Origin: an uncultured Collinsella sp.
Lineage (GTDB): Bacteria; Actinomycetota; Coriobacteriia; Coriobacteriales; Coriobacteriaceae
NCBI GenBank assembly: GCA_958435945.1
Contig: CAUBIC010000010.1
Span: 1,967-65,966, forward strand
DNA: 64,000 nucleotides
Direction: 5' to 3'
The notes below the pieces were generated by a model, which saw only the letters and a list, made by a program, of their open reading frames with translations, searched no databases and was not told the DNA's origin. Of this stretch, positions 1-10,317 are shown piece after piece (the stretch's first letter is position 1; each line of letters opens with the position of its first letter). The translations under genes were made by a program, and so were the position numbers.

Positions 1-294
1 GACCTGGGCATCCTCATCTGCGGCACCGGCGTCGGGATTAGCCTGGCTGCCAATAAGGTCGAGGGCGTACGCGCCGTCGTGTGCTCCGAGCCCTTCAGCG
101 CCAAGCTCTCCCGTATGCACAACAACACCAACGTGCTCGCCTTTGGCGCCCGCGTCGTGGGCTCCGAGCTCGCCAAAATGATTGTCGACGAGTGGCTCGA
201 CGCCGAGTTTGAGGGCGGCCGCCACGAGCGTCGCGTCAATCTCCTCAACGAAATCGACCACACGCGCGGCCTCAAGGTCGTCGACGAGGCCTAA
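1..294 (+). CDS. rpiB: ribose-5-phosphate isomerase B (RpiB/LacA/LacB family), 5'-truncated at window edge
   Basis: Frame 1 is open from nt 1. DLGILICGTGVGISLAANKV...NVLAFGARV...EGGRHERR is typical of RpiB. Stop at 292-294. Confidence 0.85.
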   Translation, partial: DLGILICGTGVGISLAANKVEGVRAVVCSEPFSAKLSRMHNNTNVLAFGARVVGSELAKMIVDEWLDAEFEGGRHERRVNLLNEIDHTRGLKVVDEA

Positions 295-321
295 ACCACT
301 CAGCGCCACAAGCTAACAGCA

Positions 322-355
322 GGGGCCCGCTCGGAACTCATGTCCGAGCGGGCCC
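322..355 (+). terminator. stem-loop downstream of rpiB
   Basis: GGGGCCCGCTCGGA / TCCGAGCGGGCCCC inverted repeat (14-bp arms), followed by TTCATAGATTTT. Confidence 0.55.
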
Positions 356-370
356 CTTCATAGATTTTGA

Positions 371-407
371 AATAAAAGGGCGCCGCGGATGGAGTTCCGC
401 GGCGCCC
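371..407 (-). terminator. rho-independent terminator of ndk
   Basis: GGGCGCCGCGGA / TCCGCGGCGCCC stem, followed on the minus strand by TTTTATTTCAAAA. Confidence 0.6.
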
Positions 408-445
408 AAACCACACGCTAACAGCTTTAAGGAGTCAAAGCTGGT

Positions 446-850
446 TTAGCTAAAGAAGCGCTTGATCTCGATCTCGGCATTCTCCAGGCAGTCGGAGCCG
501 TGGATCACGTTGGCGTTAACATCGACGGCAAAGTCGCCGCGGATGGTACCAGGGGCAGCGTCAAGCGGATTGGTGGCGCCCATGAGGGTGCGCATCTTAG
601 CAACAGCGGAAGGACCGGAAACGACCATCTTGACGACCGGGCCGCTCGTCATAAAGTCACAGAGACCGCCAAAGAAGGGCTTGTCTGCCAAGTGGGCGTA
701 GTGCTCCTCGACGGTAGCGCGCTCGAGCGTGGTCATCTCCATGCGCTCGATGACAAGGCCGCTGCGCTCAATGCGAGCAACAATCTCGCCGATCTTGCGG
801 TCGCGCACAGCGTCGGGCTTAATCATGATGAAGGTCTTCTCGATAGCCAT
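446..850 (-). CDS. ndk: nucleoside diphosphate kinase
   Basis: MAIEKTFIMIKPDAV...NVIHGSD is an NDK hallmark. Start trimmed to the ATG at 848-850 (M15 of the track ORF), giving the canonical N-terminus. Confidence 0.95.
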   Translation of the reverse strand: MAIEKTFIMIKPDAVRDRKIGEIVARIERSGLVIERMEMTTLERATVEEHYAHLADKPFFGGLCDFMTSGPVVKMVVSGPSAVAKMRTLMGATNPLDAAPGTIRGDFAVDVNANVIHGSDCLENAEIEIKRFFS

Positions 851-1146
851 AAGGTAGCCTTTCAAGTAGGTTCGCGCGTGCCCAAGTCCCATTCCGGCAC
901 CCGCCTGGACTGCATCGTAACAGAGTTTTAGCTGCAGTTAAACAAAAAGCTGCCTATTGAAACGATACAATTTATTAAAGCGCTCCATATGTGTCACTTC
1001 TGTTTCGCAGCCCGATTAGAGTACCATCCGACCGCCCGTCAACCGCATCGAACAGAGCAGGCGGTCGGTTGCCACCCGCAAACGTACCCCCTTCACAACC
1101 TGCCCAAAGGTCCTACAGAAGTTCTCGACAAGCCCCTCCCCCATAG

Positions 1147-1183
1147 CAACAAAATACGGACGCCCACATCAGCAGACGTCCGT
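1147..1183 (-). terminator. putative terminator of argH
   Basis: ACGGACG...CGTCCGT stem, followed on the minus strand by ATTTTGTTG. Confidence 0.45.
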
Positions 1184-1234
1184 AAAGCAAAACCGATTTA
1201 TCAATACATGGCCAAAACGGCTTCAGCCAAACCT

Positions 1235-2665
1235 CTACTTTGCCCCGTGACCCATCTCGACGACCTTGGTCAGCGATCCAAACACACCCTCGTCGGCCAC
1301 GAGCTGTGCCTCGGCACGCTGCAGCTGCACGGCAACGGCGGCAGGAGCGGTGCCGCCCTCGGTCGTGCGCGCGGCGACAATCGACGGGATGTCGAGCGCC
1401 TCGGTAATATCGCGCTCAAAGAGCGGGCTTGCCTCCTGGAATACCTCAAACGGCAGGTCCTCAAGATTGCAGCCGCGCTTCTCACACATCAGGACCAGAT
1501 GGCCCACCACGGCATGCGCCTCGCGGAACGGCAGACCACGCTTAGCCAGATAATCGGCAACATCGGTGGCGGCAAGGTGCCCCACGCCGCACTCGCGCGC
1601 CATGGCATCCTCGTTGACGGTCCAAGTCGAAATCATACCGGCCATAACCGACAGGCACTGCATGAGCGTGTGAGCGGTATCGAGCGCACCCTCCTTGTCC
1701 TCCTGCAAGTCCTTGTTATAGGCCAGCGGCAGCCCCTTCATGGTCACGAGCAACTGCACCAGGTTGCCATAGACTCGGCCACTCTTGCCGCGGATAAGCT
1801 CGGCAAAGTCGGGATTCTTCTTCTGCGGCATGATGGACGAGCCGGTGGAGTACGAGTCGGAAAGCGTGATAAAGCCAAATTCGGAGCTCGACCACAGCAC
1901 GATCTCCTCGGAAAGACGCGACAGGTGCATGGCCATGACGGAGCCGGCATAATGCAGATCGAGCAGGAAATCACGGTCGGAAACCGCATCGAGCGAGTTG
2001 GGAATCACACCCGCAAAGCCAAGTTCGGCAGCCGTCATCTGACGATCGAGCGGATAGCTCGTACCGGCAAGCGCGGCAGCGCCCAGCGGGCAGTTGTCGG
2101 CGGCATCAAAGGCGGCCTTCAAGCGTGTAAAGTCGCGCGCGAACATCCAGGAATACGCCAGCAGATGATGCGACAGCAGCACGGGCTGAGCATGCTGCAT
2201 GTGCGTGTAGCCCGGCAGAATCACCTTGTCGTACTTCTTGGCCGCATCCACCAGCACATGGCGCAGCTCAAGATTGGCCTCCATGAGCTCCTTGGCCAGC
2301 GCCTTGACGCCCAGGCGCGTATCGGTCGCCACCTGGTCGTTGCGCGAACGCCCGGTATGCAAGCGCTTACCGGCCTCGCCGATGCGGCGCGTCAGCTCGC
2401 TCTCGATAGACATATGAATGTCCTCATCGTTGATATCGAAGGTGAAGTTGCCGGCATCGATATCCTGTTCGATTCCGGTCAGGCCCTCGGCAATCGCCTG
2501 CTCATCCTCGGCACTAATGATGCCCTGGGCCGCCAGCATCTTGGCATGCGCCTTAGAGCCGGCGATATCCTGCTTATAGAGATGTTTGTCGACCGGCAGC
2601 GACGCGCCAAACTCCTGCGTGACCTCGGCCACGCCCGCCTCAAAACGACCGCCCCAAAGAGCCAT
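1235..2665 (-). CDS. argH: argininosuccinate lyase
   Basis: MALWGGRF...GSSIMPQKKNPD matches the fumarate-lyase/ArgH signature. Start set at the MALWGGRF ATG (2663-2665), which has an upstream GGAGAAAGGGGA. Confidence 0.95.
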   Translation of the reverse strand: MALWGGRFEAGVAEVTQEFGASLPVDKHLYKQDIAGSKAHAKMLAAQGIISAEDEQAIAEGLTGIEQDIDAGNFTFDINDEDIHMSIESELTRRIGEAGKRLHTGRSRNDQVATDTRLGVKALAKELMEANLELRHVLVDAAKKYDKVILPGYTHMQHAQPVLLSHHLLAYSWMFARDFTRLKAAFDAADNCPLGAAALAGTSYPLDRQMTAAELGFAGVIPNSLDAVSDRDFLLDLHYAGSVMAMHLSRLSEEIVLWSSSEFGFITLSDSYSTGSSIMPQKKNPDFAELIRGKSGRVYGNLVQLLVTMKGLPLAYNKDLQEDKEGALDTAHTLMQCLSVMAGMISTWTVNEDAMARECGVGHLAATDVADYLAKRGLPFREAHAVVGHLVLMCEKRGCNLEDLPFEVFQEASPLFERDITEALDIPSIVAARTTEGGTAPAAVAVQLQRAEAQLVADEGVFGSLTKVVEMGHGAK

Positions 2666-2989
2666 GGAACCGTCCCCTTTCTCCGAATACCAAAACAAGC
2701 GCCCAGCGCAATGCGCCATGTCGCTAAAGCGATTTTTCAACCGCTAGTTTTACACATTCCCCACCGTGCGCGGGACAATGTAGCTAATTTGCAAAGAAGT
2801 GACGCACCAGGCACTTGGCGCCCAACGTCCCCCTCCGGATGTTGCCTTGCGAACCATCGATCCAGGCCTTCAGGCTCATAGGAACATCCTCGACCTTTGC
2901 AGCATCGAACTCGGGCGCGAGGGCAAGTAAGGCATGCGCGACAGCATTGAACATAATGGATACTCCTCATATATATAGGCGCAGAGCCG

Positions 2990-3034
2990 CCCAATTGATA
3001 GAAGGAGCCCCGCCGGACAACCCCGGCGGGGCTC
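2990..3034 (-). terminator. putative terminator of argG
   Basis: GAGCCCCGCCGG / CCGGCGGGGCTC 12-bp stem with a moderately T-rich tail on the minus strand. Confidence 0.4.
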
Positions 3035-3187
3035 GGAATCAGCCGCGGACGCGGCATCATATATGCGGGCGGAACGTAGGGGCCACCGATGTTAAGAAGT
3101 GTCAGCAAGCATAACGAAAGGTAGGGACCCCGTGCGCCCGTTTTGTATCACGCGGATGGGCCGCGCGGATACCAAGGGAAGGAGGCG

Positions 3188-4414
3188 CTAGGCCTGGGCG
3201 GCGGCGGAGCTGGGACCCTGGACCTTTGCCCACGTCTTGAGCGACAGCGTATCGATCTCGATAAAGCCGGCGCTGGCCTTCTCGTCAAACGTGGTGTCGC
3301 GGTCGTAGGTAGCCAGACCGTAGTCGTAGAGGCTGAAGGGGCTCTTGCGGCCGACGACATGGCAGTTGCCCTTAAAGAACTTCAGACGGACGGTGCCGGT
3401 CACGAACTTCTGGGTGTCGGCCATAAAGGCGTCGAGCGCGTTTTTGAGCGGGCTGTACCACTGGCCGTTGTACACGGCGGTGGCCCAATCCTGCTCGAGC
3501 TTAATCTTGGCCTTGAGCAGGTCGCCCTCGACGCAAATGTCCTCAAGCGCCTTGTGGGCGGTGATGAGTGTCAGGGCGCCGGGAACCTCATAGCACTCGC
3601 GGCTCTTGAGGCCCACCAGACGATCCTCGACCAGGTCCAGGCGACCAAAGCCGTTGTCGCCGGAGATCTTGTTGAGGGCGATGACGATCTCGGAGAGCTT
3701 CATCTTCTTACCGTCGACGGCGACGGGCTTGCCGGCCTCAAACTCAATCTCGGTATACGTCGGGGTGTCGGGCGTGTCCTCAGGATTCTTGGTCATAACC
3801 CAAGCGTCGTCGAGCGGCTCGTTCCAGGGATCCTCCAGGTGACCGCACTCGATGGCGCGACCCCACAGGTTGTCATCGATGGAGTAGGGGTTGTCGTTGG
3901 CACCCTCGGGAACCGGCACGTTGTGAGCATGGGCGTAGGCGACCTCGTCGGGACGACACTTCAGGTCCCACTCGCGAACCGGGGCGATAACCTTGAGCTC
4001 GGGGTCGAGGGCCTTGACGGCGGCCTCAAAACGGACCTGGTCGTTACCCTTGCCGGTGCAGCCGTGGGCGACGTAGGTCGCGCCAAACTCGTGAGCGACC
4101 TCGACAAGCTTCTTGGCGAGCAGCGGACGGGAAAGAGCGGAGAGCAGCGGATACTTGTTCTCGTACATGGAGTTTGCGGCGATGGCCTTGGTCAGGAACT
4201 CATCGGAGAACTCGTCGCGCAGGTCAAGCACCTGGCAATCGAGAACGCCCAGGTCGAGCGCCTTCTGCTTCTTGGCATCCAGGCCGGTCTCCTCCTGGCC
4301 CACGTTGCCGCAGACGCAAACGACATCGAGATTCTTCTCGTCCTGGAGCCACTTGACACATACGGATGTATCAAGACCACCGGAATATGCGAGAACGACT
4401 TTTTCCTTGCTCAT
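3188..4414 (-). CDS. argG: argininosuccinate synthase
   Basis: MSKEKVVLAYSGGLDTS is the ATP-PPase motif. Start at the ATG at 4412-4414, preceded by AAGGAAA. Confidence 0.95.
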   Translation of the reverse strand: MSKEKVVLAYSGGLDTSVCVKWLQDEKNLDVVCVCGNVGQEETGLDAKKQKALDLGVLDCQVLDLRDEFSDEFLTKAIAANSMYENKYPLLSALSRPLLAKKLVEVAHEFGATYVAHGCTGKGNDQVRFEAAVKALDPELKVIAPVREWDLKCRPDEVAYAHAHNVPVPEGANDNPYSIDDNLWGRAIECGHLEDPWNEPLDDAWVMTKNPEDTPDTPTYTEIEFEAGKPVAVDGKKMKLSEIVIALNKISGDNGFGRLDLVEDRLVGLKSRECYEVPGALTLITAHKALEDICVEGDLLKAKIKLEQDWATAVYNGQWYSPLKNALDAFMADTQKFVTGTVRLKFFKGNCHVVGRKSPFSLYDYGLATYDRDTTFDEKASAGFIEIDTLSLKTWAKVQGPSSAAAQA

Positions 4415-4968
4415 GGCTGTTTCCTTTCGCCCTTGGTAGCTAGTTAGAACATCGGTCAGTTGCAAGTCATTTCGAGATCAAAAACCGTGCAATATCAGGT
4501 TAAATAGCAAAAATCAGCACATACATGCCCTAGAAACATGCAGCAATGTCGTGCTAAAACCCAACGACCTCAAAATGACTCTGTTGAGGCAATTCGCCCC
4601 ATGCGGACAGAGACGATTGTTATCGTCGTCGGGAAATTGCGCGCTGGCGTCGGATGGCATTGTCTGCAGTAGTGATGATCTTTACGAACTGCATCTGCCT
4701 CTCCTTTCACCTATCGCCGGGCGCAATTCTAATATCGTAAACGGTACCTTTTCCTCGGTAAGCGGTTGTTTTTCCGTCTCCGTTTTCGATGGTCGCTATA
4801 TTACGCTAAAGTGCCCGCGGCACAAGCGACAACTTCAAATTTCTGAAAAGTTTTTTCATTACTTTGTGAATGGTGATGCAAACGCGCGCCAATCCTGCGA
4901 AAATACGCCCGACTACGAGTTAATGGTTATAACGTCTGAAACAATCTCGAAACGAAAGGCTCGCTTTT

Positions 4969-5796
4969 ATGCAAACTTACGAATCGGACGCCAATATCGG
5001 AAACATTAAGCTCATTGCCGTCGACATGGACAAGACGCTACTGACCGACGAGCGCGTTCTACCTCAGGGCCTCGACGAGCGCCTAGACAAGCTCGCCGAG
5101 GCTGGCATCGTGTTCTGCCCCGCCAGCGGACGACCCGCCCCAAAACTCGAGGAGATGTTTGAGGACATCAAGAGCCGCATCGCTTTTTGCCCCGATAACG
5201 GCGCATGCGTGATATATCGCGGCAACTACATCTATAAGAGCGCTATCGATGTGGCGCTGTATCAGCAGGTCTTGAGCCGCGCCTCGGAGGATCCGCGCGC
5301 CGTCCCCGTCCTGTGCTGCTTCGACGAGTTCTACGTACTTGCCCGCGACCATCAATACCACGACGAGATCAGCGTCTACTACAACACAATCAACTACGTC
5401 GATAGCTTTGAGGGCCTTGACGTCGAATCCAACAAGATTTCGATCTTCTTCCCCGCCTACGATGCCGAGCCAGCGTTTCGCGAGGACTACAGCCCTGCAT
5501 TCTCGGGTCAGCTCTACGTCACCAATGCTGGCCGCGAGTGGATCGACTTTATGAATCTGGGCGTCGACAAGGGGTCGGGCGTCGCGCACCTGTGCGAGCA
5601 GCTCGGCATCGATATCGCCGACGCCGCCGCCGTTGGCGACACCTACAACGACATTCCCATGCTGGAGCGCGTCGGGCATAGCTTTATCGTGGACAATGCC
5701 GAGGAGCACATGAACGCGCACGCCAAGTGGCGCATTCCGAGCAACAACGACGGGGGCGTACTGACGCTCATCGACGCCATCTTGGCGGCTCGTTAA
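4969..5796 (+). CDS. Cof-type HAD-IIB family hydrolase
   Basis: IKLIAVDMDKTLL (DxD motif) and a GDxxND motif near the C-terminus (AVGDTYNDIPM). Confidence 0.85.
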   Translation: MQTYESDANIGNIKLIAVDMDKTLLTDERVLPQGLDERLDKLAEAGIVFCPASGRPAPKLEEMFEDIKSRIAFCPDNGACVIYRGNYIYKSAIDVALYQQVLSRASEDPRAVPVLCCFDEFYVLARDHQYHDEISVYYNTINYVDSFEGLDVESNKISIFFPAYDAEPAFREDYSPAFSGQLYVTNAGREWIDFMNLGVDKGSGVAHLCEQLGIDIADAAAVGDTYNDIPMLERVGHSFIVDNAEEHMNAHAKWRIPSNNDGGVLTLIDAILAAR

Positions 5797-5920
5797 CGTG
5801 GCTCGTCGGACCTGGCCGGGCGAGGCGGGTAAGTTTTTCGCTCGGTCAGGTCCTGCGGTGACTTGCTTGCCGCCAAGATAGCGTCTTGGCGCCTAGATAC
5901 TTTGGCTGAATTTATTGAAC

Positions 5921-5961
5921 GAAGGACGCTCCTTGTTGATGAGGGGCGTCCTTCTGTTTTT
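5921..5961 (+). terminator. rho-independent terminator
   Basis: GAAGGACGCTCC / GGGGCGTCCTTC stem followed by TGTTTTTGG. Confidence 0.5.
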
Positions 5962-5988
5962 GGTTACTTTGGAACTGTGGTTGCTTTC

Positions 5989-8739
5989 CTATTTCGCGTC
6001 TGCCCAGGTTATGCCGGTACTGGCTTCGGCGATCAACGGTACGCGTAGGTCTACGACGTGTTCCATGACGTCTTGGACCATGGCGGTCAGGCGCTCGACT
6101 TCGTCGATGGGGCACTCAAAGTCCAGTTCGTCGTGCACCTGCAGGATCATGTGGGCGGCAAAGTCCTCTTCTTCCAGACGGCTGCTCACGCGGGCCATCG
6201 CGATCTTGATGATGTCGGCGGCGGTGCCCTGCATGGGGTGGTTCATGGCCGTGCGCTCGCCAAAGCCGCGGAGTTGCGGATTTTTGGCCTTGAGCTCCGG
6301 AATGTGGCGACGGCGGCCGTACATGGTCTCGGCGTAACCTGTCTGCTTGGCACGCGCCACCACGTTGTCGAGGAACGTGCGCACGCCCGGGTAGGCCTCG
6401 TAGTAGCGGTCGATCATGTCGCGCGCCTCGGCCATCGAGATATGCAGCGACTGCGACAGGCCGTAGGCCTGCTGACCATACACAATGCCAAAGTTCACGG
6501 CCTTGGCGCGACTGCGCAAGTCGGGCGTTACCTCGGACACCGGCACGCCAAACACGCGTGCCGCCGTCTCGGCATGGAAGTCCTCGCCCTCGTTAAAGGC
6601 GCGTACCAGGTGCTCGTCACCTGAGAGATGTGCCAGCAGACGCAGCTCGATCTGCGAGTAGTCCACCGCCAAAAAGACGCTTCCCTCGCCTGCCGAAAAC
6701 GCCGTCTTGACGGTACGGCCCAGCTCAGAGCGCGTCGGGATGTTCTGCAGGTTCGGGTCGCTCGAGGACAGACGACCCGTTGCCGTGATGGTCTGGTTGT
6801 ACGTGGTGTGCACGCGACCGTCACCGCGGCGCAGCGGGCCCAGCGTGTCCAGATAGGTGGACTTGATTTTGGACTTCTCACGCCAATCCAAGATCAGGCG
6901 CACGATTTCGTGGTCACGGGCAAGATCGCTCAGCACCTTGGCGTTGGTCGAATAGTAGCCGCGCTTGGTCTTTTTGAGGCCCTTGGTCGGAAGCCCCATA
7001 ACGTCAAACAGCACGTGCGAGAGCTGCATAGGGCTACCGATGTTAAACGTCTCATCACCCGCCAGGTCGCGAATGCTGCGCTCGACCTCGGTAATCTGGG
7101 TCGCCAAGCCCTCGGACAGACTGTGCAGGCGGTCGGGGTCCACGAGCATGCCCGCGCGCTCCATCTTGGCAAGTACCGGAACGAGCGGCATCTCGATGCC
7201 ATCGAACACGTTGGCGGCGTTCTCGCGTGCCATGCGGTCGCGCAGTGGTGCGACCAGTGCCAGCGTCAAGGCCGCCGTGCGAGCGGCGGGCGCAGGAGCA
7301 TCCTCGCCAGCACCCTCCGCACCGCGCACCGCAGGCAGCGCCATCTGCAGATAGGTATCGGCCAGATACGCCTCGTCAAACTCGGAGCGGTCGGAATCCA
7401 ACAGGTAGGCGGCAACCACGGTATCGAAGATGCGCGTGGAATCGACTGCCAGCGGATCCATGAGCTCGGGCTCGGAAGAGTCGATGGGCGAAAGCTCATG
7501 CAGCAGTGCTTTCATATCCGGGCTCGCCACGCGGCCCTCCATAAACAGGCGCGCAAGCACGCCGGCGATCACGCCATGGGCGAAGTTGAAGCCATCGACC
7601 GCGGCAGTGGTACCGCCTTCGCCCTCCTCAAGCGCAAGCAGCCCCTTGGACGTCGCCAGCCACAGCGTGCGCGTCAGGCCAAAAAGCGCGCCCTCCTCCT
7701 TGTCATCGTCCACCACGGCGGCGATCCATTCGTCCGCCTCCATCGAGCGAGCGATCTCGGCAGCGGCGGCAGTGAGCGCCTCGGCATCGCCGGCGGCAGC
7801 GCGCGAAACCGCGGGCATCTCGAACGCGCCGGCAGCGGCCGCAGCCCCACCCTCGCCACCGATCAGCGCCAGGAAGCGATTCTGCATGGCCGTAATGCCG
7901 AGCGTGCCCAGCGCCGCGGAGACTTCGTCGGCAGAAAACGCCGGGAAGGACGTTTCGTCAAAGTTGAGCTCGACGGGCGCATCGGTGCGAATGGTCGCCA
8001 CCTTACGGCTCAACAGCGCGTCGTCGATGTGTGCGCGCAGGTTTTCGCCCATCTTGCCCTTGACCTCGTCAGCATGCGCGATGACCTCGTCCAAGCTGCC
8101 GTACTGCGCGATGAGCGCGCTCGCCTTTTTGGGGCCGATGCCCGGCACACCGGGGATGTTATCGGACGTGTCGCCCTTCAGGCCGTAAAAATCGGGCACG
8201 AGCGCCGGCGTGATGCCGTGATACAGATCGTCCACGCTCTCGGGCGTCATGATGGCCACGTCGGACAGGCCCTTGCGGGTCGAGACCACGTTGACGTGCT
8301 CGGTCACAAGCTGATACATGTCGCGGTCGCCGGTCACCAGCAGCATGTCGCAGCCGGCCTCCTCACCCAGGCGGGCCATGGTGCCCAGGATATCGTCGCC
8401 TTCCCAGCCCTCGGACTGCAGAATCGGCACGTTGAGCGCACCGAGCAGCTCCTTGATCATCGGAAACTGTGCGTGCAGATCGGGGTCCATGGGCGGGCGC
8501 TGCGCCTTGTACTGCGGCAGCATCTCCATGCGCACGCGCGGCTTGCCCTTATCAAACGCCACGACCACACCGTCGGGGTTAAAGGCATCGATCATCTTGA
8601 GAAACATGTTCAGAAAGCCAAAGATCGCGTTGGTGGGGCGACCGTCCGGCGCATTCATGGTGGGCGGCACGGCGTGGAAGGCGCGGTGCATGAGCGAGTT
8701 GCCGTCGATAACGGCAAAGGTGCGGCGCTTGTCAGACAT
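5989..8739 (-). CDS. polA: DNA polymerase I
   Basis: 5'-nuclease N-terminus (FAVIDGNSLMHRAFHA) and a C-terminal family-A polymerase domain (DYSQIELR, QVHDEL). Start at the ATG at 8737-8739, preceded by GAGGTAG. Confidence 0.95.
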   Translation of the reverse strand: MSDKRRTFAVIDGNSLMHRAFHAVPPTMNAPDGRPTNAIFGFLNMFLKMIDAFNPDGVVVAFDKGKPRVRMEMLPQYKAQRPPMDPDLHAQFPMIKELLGALNVPILQSEGWEGDDILGTMARLGEEAGCDMLLVTGDRDMYQLVTEHVNVVSTRKGLSDVAIMTPESVDDLYHGITPALVPDFYGLKGDTSDNIPGVPGIGPKKASALIAQYGSLDEVIAHADEVKGKMGENLRAHIDDALLSRKVATIRTDAPVELNFDETSFPAFSADEVSAALGTLGITAMQNRFLALIGGEGGAAAAAGAFEMPAVSRAAAGDAEALTAAAAEIARSMEADEWIAAVVDDDKEEGALFGLTRTLWLATSKGLLALEEGEGGTTAAVDGFNFAHGVIAGVLARLFMEGRVASPDMKALLHELSPIDSSEPELMDPLAVDSTRIFDTVVAAYLLDSDRSEFDEAYLADTYLQMALPAVRGAEGAGEDAPAPAARTAALTLALVAPLRDRMARENAANVFDGIEMPLVPVLAKMERAGMLVDPDRLHSLSEGLATQITEVERSIRDLAGDETFNIGSPMQLSHVLFDVMGLPTKGLKKTKRGYYSTNAKVLSDLARDHEIVRLILDWREKSKIKSTYLDTLGPLRRGDGRVHTTYNQTITATGRLSSSDPNLQNIPTRSELGRTVKTAFSAGEGSVFLAVDYSQIELRLLAHLSGDEHLVRAFNEGEDFHAETAARVFGVPVSEVTPDLRSRAKAVNFGIVYGQQAYGLSQSLHISMAEARDMIDRYYEAYPGVRTFLDNVVARAKQTGYAETMYGRRRHIPELKAKNPQLRGFGERTAMNHPMQGTAADIIKIAMARVSSRLEEEDFAAHMILQVHDELDFECPIDEVERLTAMVQDVMEHVVDLRVPLIAEASTGITWADAK

Positions 8740-8905
8740 ATTAACTACCTCGCTTTGGGCTGGGCACGGTTTGCTCACTCCAGTTTACACGCTCCCCGCC
8801 CCGCGGCCACCTCACATCAAGCTCCCCCGCCACCGTGAGCCTGCGCGTGATACGATGGCTCACGGTACATCAACCAGCACGATCGATCCGAAAGGAGCCT
8901 GCGTC

Positions 8906-10303
8906 ATGGAGCGTCCCTGCGCATGGAAAAAGTACACGCCACAGCAAATCGAGGAGCTCGAGGAGCTTTGCCGCGGCTACAAGCAGTTTTTGAGCGAGAA
9001 CAAGACCGAGCGCCTGTGCGTCAAGACCGGCATCAAGATGGCCGAGGAGGCGGGCTACGTCGACCTGGAGACCGTGATCGCCGAGGGCCGCGCGCTCAAG
9101 GCCGGCGACAAGGTGTACGCCGCCAATCACGGCAAGGACCTCATGCTCGTCAACCTGGGCACCGCCCCGCTCGAGCAGGGCTTTAACATCCTGGGCGCCC
9201 ACGTGGACTCGCCGCGCCTGGACCTCAAGCAAAACCCCGCCTTCGAGGCCGGCGACATGGCCTACCTCGACACGCACTACTACGGCGGCGTCAAGAGCTA
9301 CCACTGGGTGGCCTCCCCGCTCGCACTCGTGGGCGTCATCTGCAAAAAGGACGGCACCACCGTCGACATCAACATCGGCGACAAGGCGGACGACCCGGTC
9401 TTTACCATCTCCGACCTGCTGATCCACCTCTCGAGCGAGCAGATGTCCAAGCCCGCCAAGGACGCCGTCGACGCCGAGATCCTCGACGTGATCGTGGGCG
9501 GCCGCCCTGTCAAGTTCGACGAGGACGACAAGGACGCCCCCAAGGAGCCCGTCAAGCAGATGTTCCTGGACATCCTCAAGGAGCAGTACGACGTCGAGGA
9601 GGAGGACTTCCTCTCCGCCGAGATCGAGGTCGTGCCCGCCGGTCCCGCCCGCGACATGGGCCTCGACCGCTCCATGATTTTGGGCTATGGCCACGACGAC
9701 CGCGTCTGCGCCTACCCCTCCATGCTCGCCCAGATCAATGTGGCCAACGTGGAGCGCACGAGCATCACGCTCATCGTCGACAAGGAGGAGATTGGCTCCG
9801 TAGGCGCCACCGGCATGACGAGCCGCTTCTTCGAGAACACCGTCGCCGAGATTATGACGCTTGCCGGCAAGGACAGCCCGCTGGCCCTTCGCCGTGCACT
9901 CGCCCATAGTCGTATGCTCTCCTCTGACGTGTCTGCTGGCTTCGACCCGGGCTATGCCGGCAAGTTCGAAACCAAGAACGCCGCCTTTATGGGTCGTGGC
10001 CTGTGCTTTAACAAGTACACGGGCAGCCGCGGCAAGGGCGGTTCAAACGACGCCGACGCCGAGTACGTGGCCCTCGTCCGCGACATCATGGACGAGGCCG
10101 GCGTGGACTTCCAGACCTGCGAGCTCGGCCGTGTCAACGCGGGCGGCGGCGGCACCATCGCCTACATCATGGCCAAGTACGGCATGAACGTCATCGACTC
10201 CGGTGTTGCCGTCCTGTCCATGCACGCCCTGTGGGAAGTCGCCAACAAGGCCGACATCTACGAGGCCTACCGCGGCTACAAAGCTTTCCTCGAGCGCGCC
10301 TAA
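8906..10303 (+). CDS. M18-family aminopeptidase (aminopeptidase 1-like)
   Basis: The track ORF 8318-10303 is trimmed to the ATG at 8906, which follows AAAGGAG. The upstream part is antisense to polA. Size (465 aa) and sequence (GAHVDSPRLDLK, HDDRVC) fit the M18 family. Confidence 0.85.
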   Translation: MERPCAWKKYTPQQIEELEELCRGYKQFLSENKTERLCVKTGIKMAEEAGYVDLETVIAEGRALKAGDKVYAANHGKDLMLVNLGTAPLEQGFNILGAHVDSPRLDLKQNPAFEAGDMAYLDTHYYGGVKSYHWVASPLALVGVICKKDGTTVDINIGDKADDPVFTISDLLIHLSSEQMSKPAKDAVDAEILDVIVGGRPVKFDEDDKDAPKEPVKQMFLDILKEQYDVEEEDFLSAEIEVVPAGPARDMGLDRSMILGYGHDDRVCAYPSMLAQINVANVERTSITLIVDKEEIGSVGATGMTSRFFENTVAEIMTLAGKDSPLALRRALAHSRMLSSDVSAGFDPGYAGKFETKNAAFMGRGLCFNKYTGSRGKGGSNDADAEYVALVRDIMDEAGVDFQTCELGRVNAGGGGTIAYIMAKYGMNVIDSGVAVLSMHALWEVANKADIYEAYRGYKAFLERA

Positions 10304-10317
10304 CCAGTCCCTCATCA

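Noticed and set aside
989-2881. Very long ORFs antisense to real genes (989-2881 +, 3143-4447 +, 6628-8838 +, 35841-36905-type and 37613-39016 +, 51928-54351 +, 56230-57624 +, 60493-61833 -, 63308-64000 -).
   Set aside because: These are shadow ORFs of the kind common in high-GC DNA. Their translations are low-complexity (Arg/Ala/Gly/His-rich) with no recognisable motifs. The opposite strand in each case encodes a protein with clear family signatures and a good SD.
8318-8905. N-terminal extensions of track ORFs: 8318-10303, 27045-28292 and 27878-29341, and smaller ones on ndk, argH, argG, polA, ftsZ, murC, arcB and others.
   Set aside because: The extended parts overlap neighbouring genes on either strand and have a biased composition. 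Internal ATGs with good SD sequences give canonical family N-termini (signal peptide for PstS, MAIEK for Ndk, and so on).
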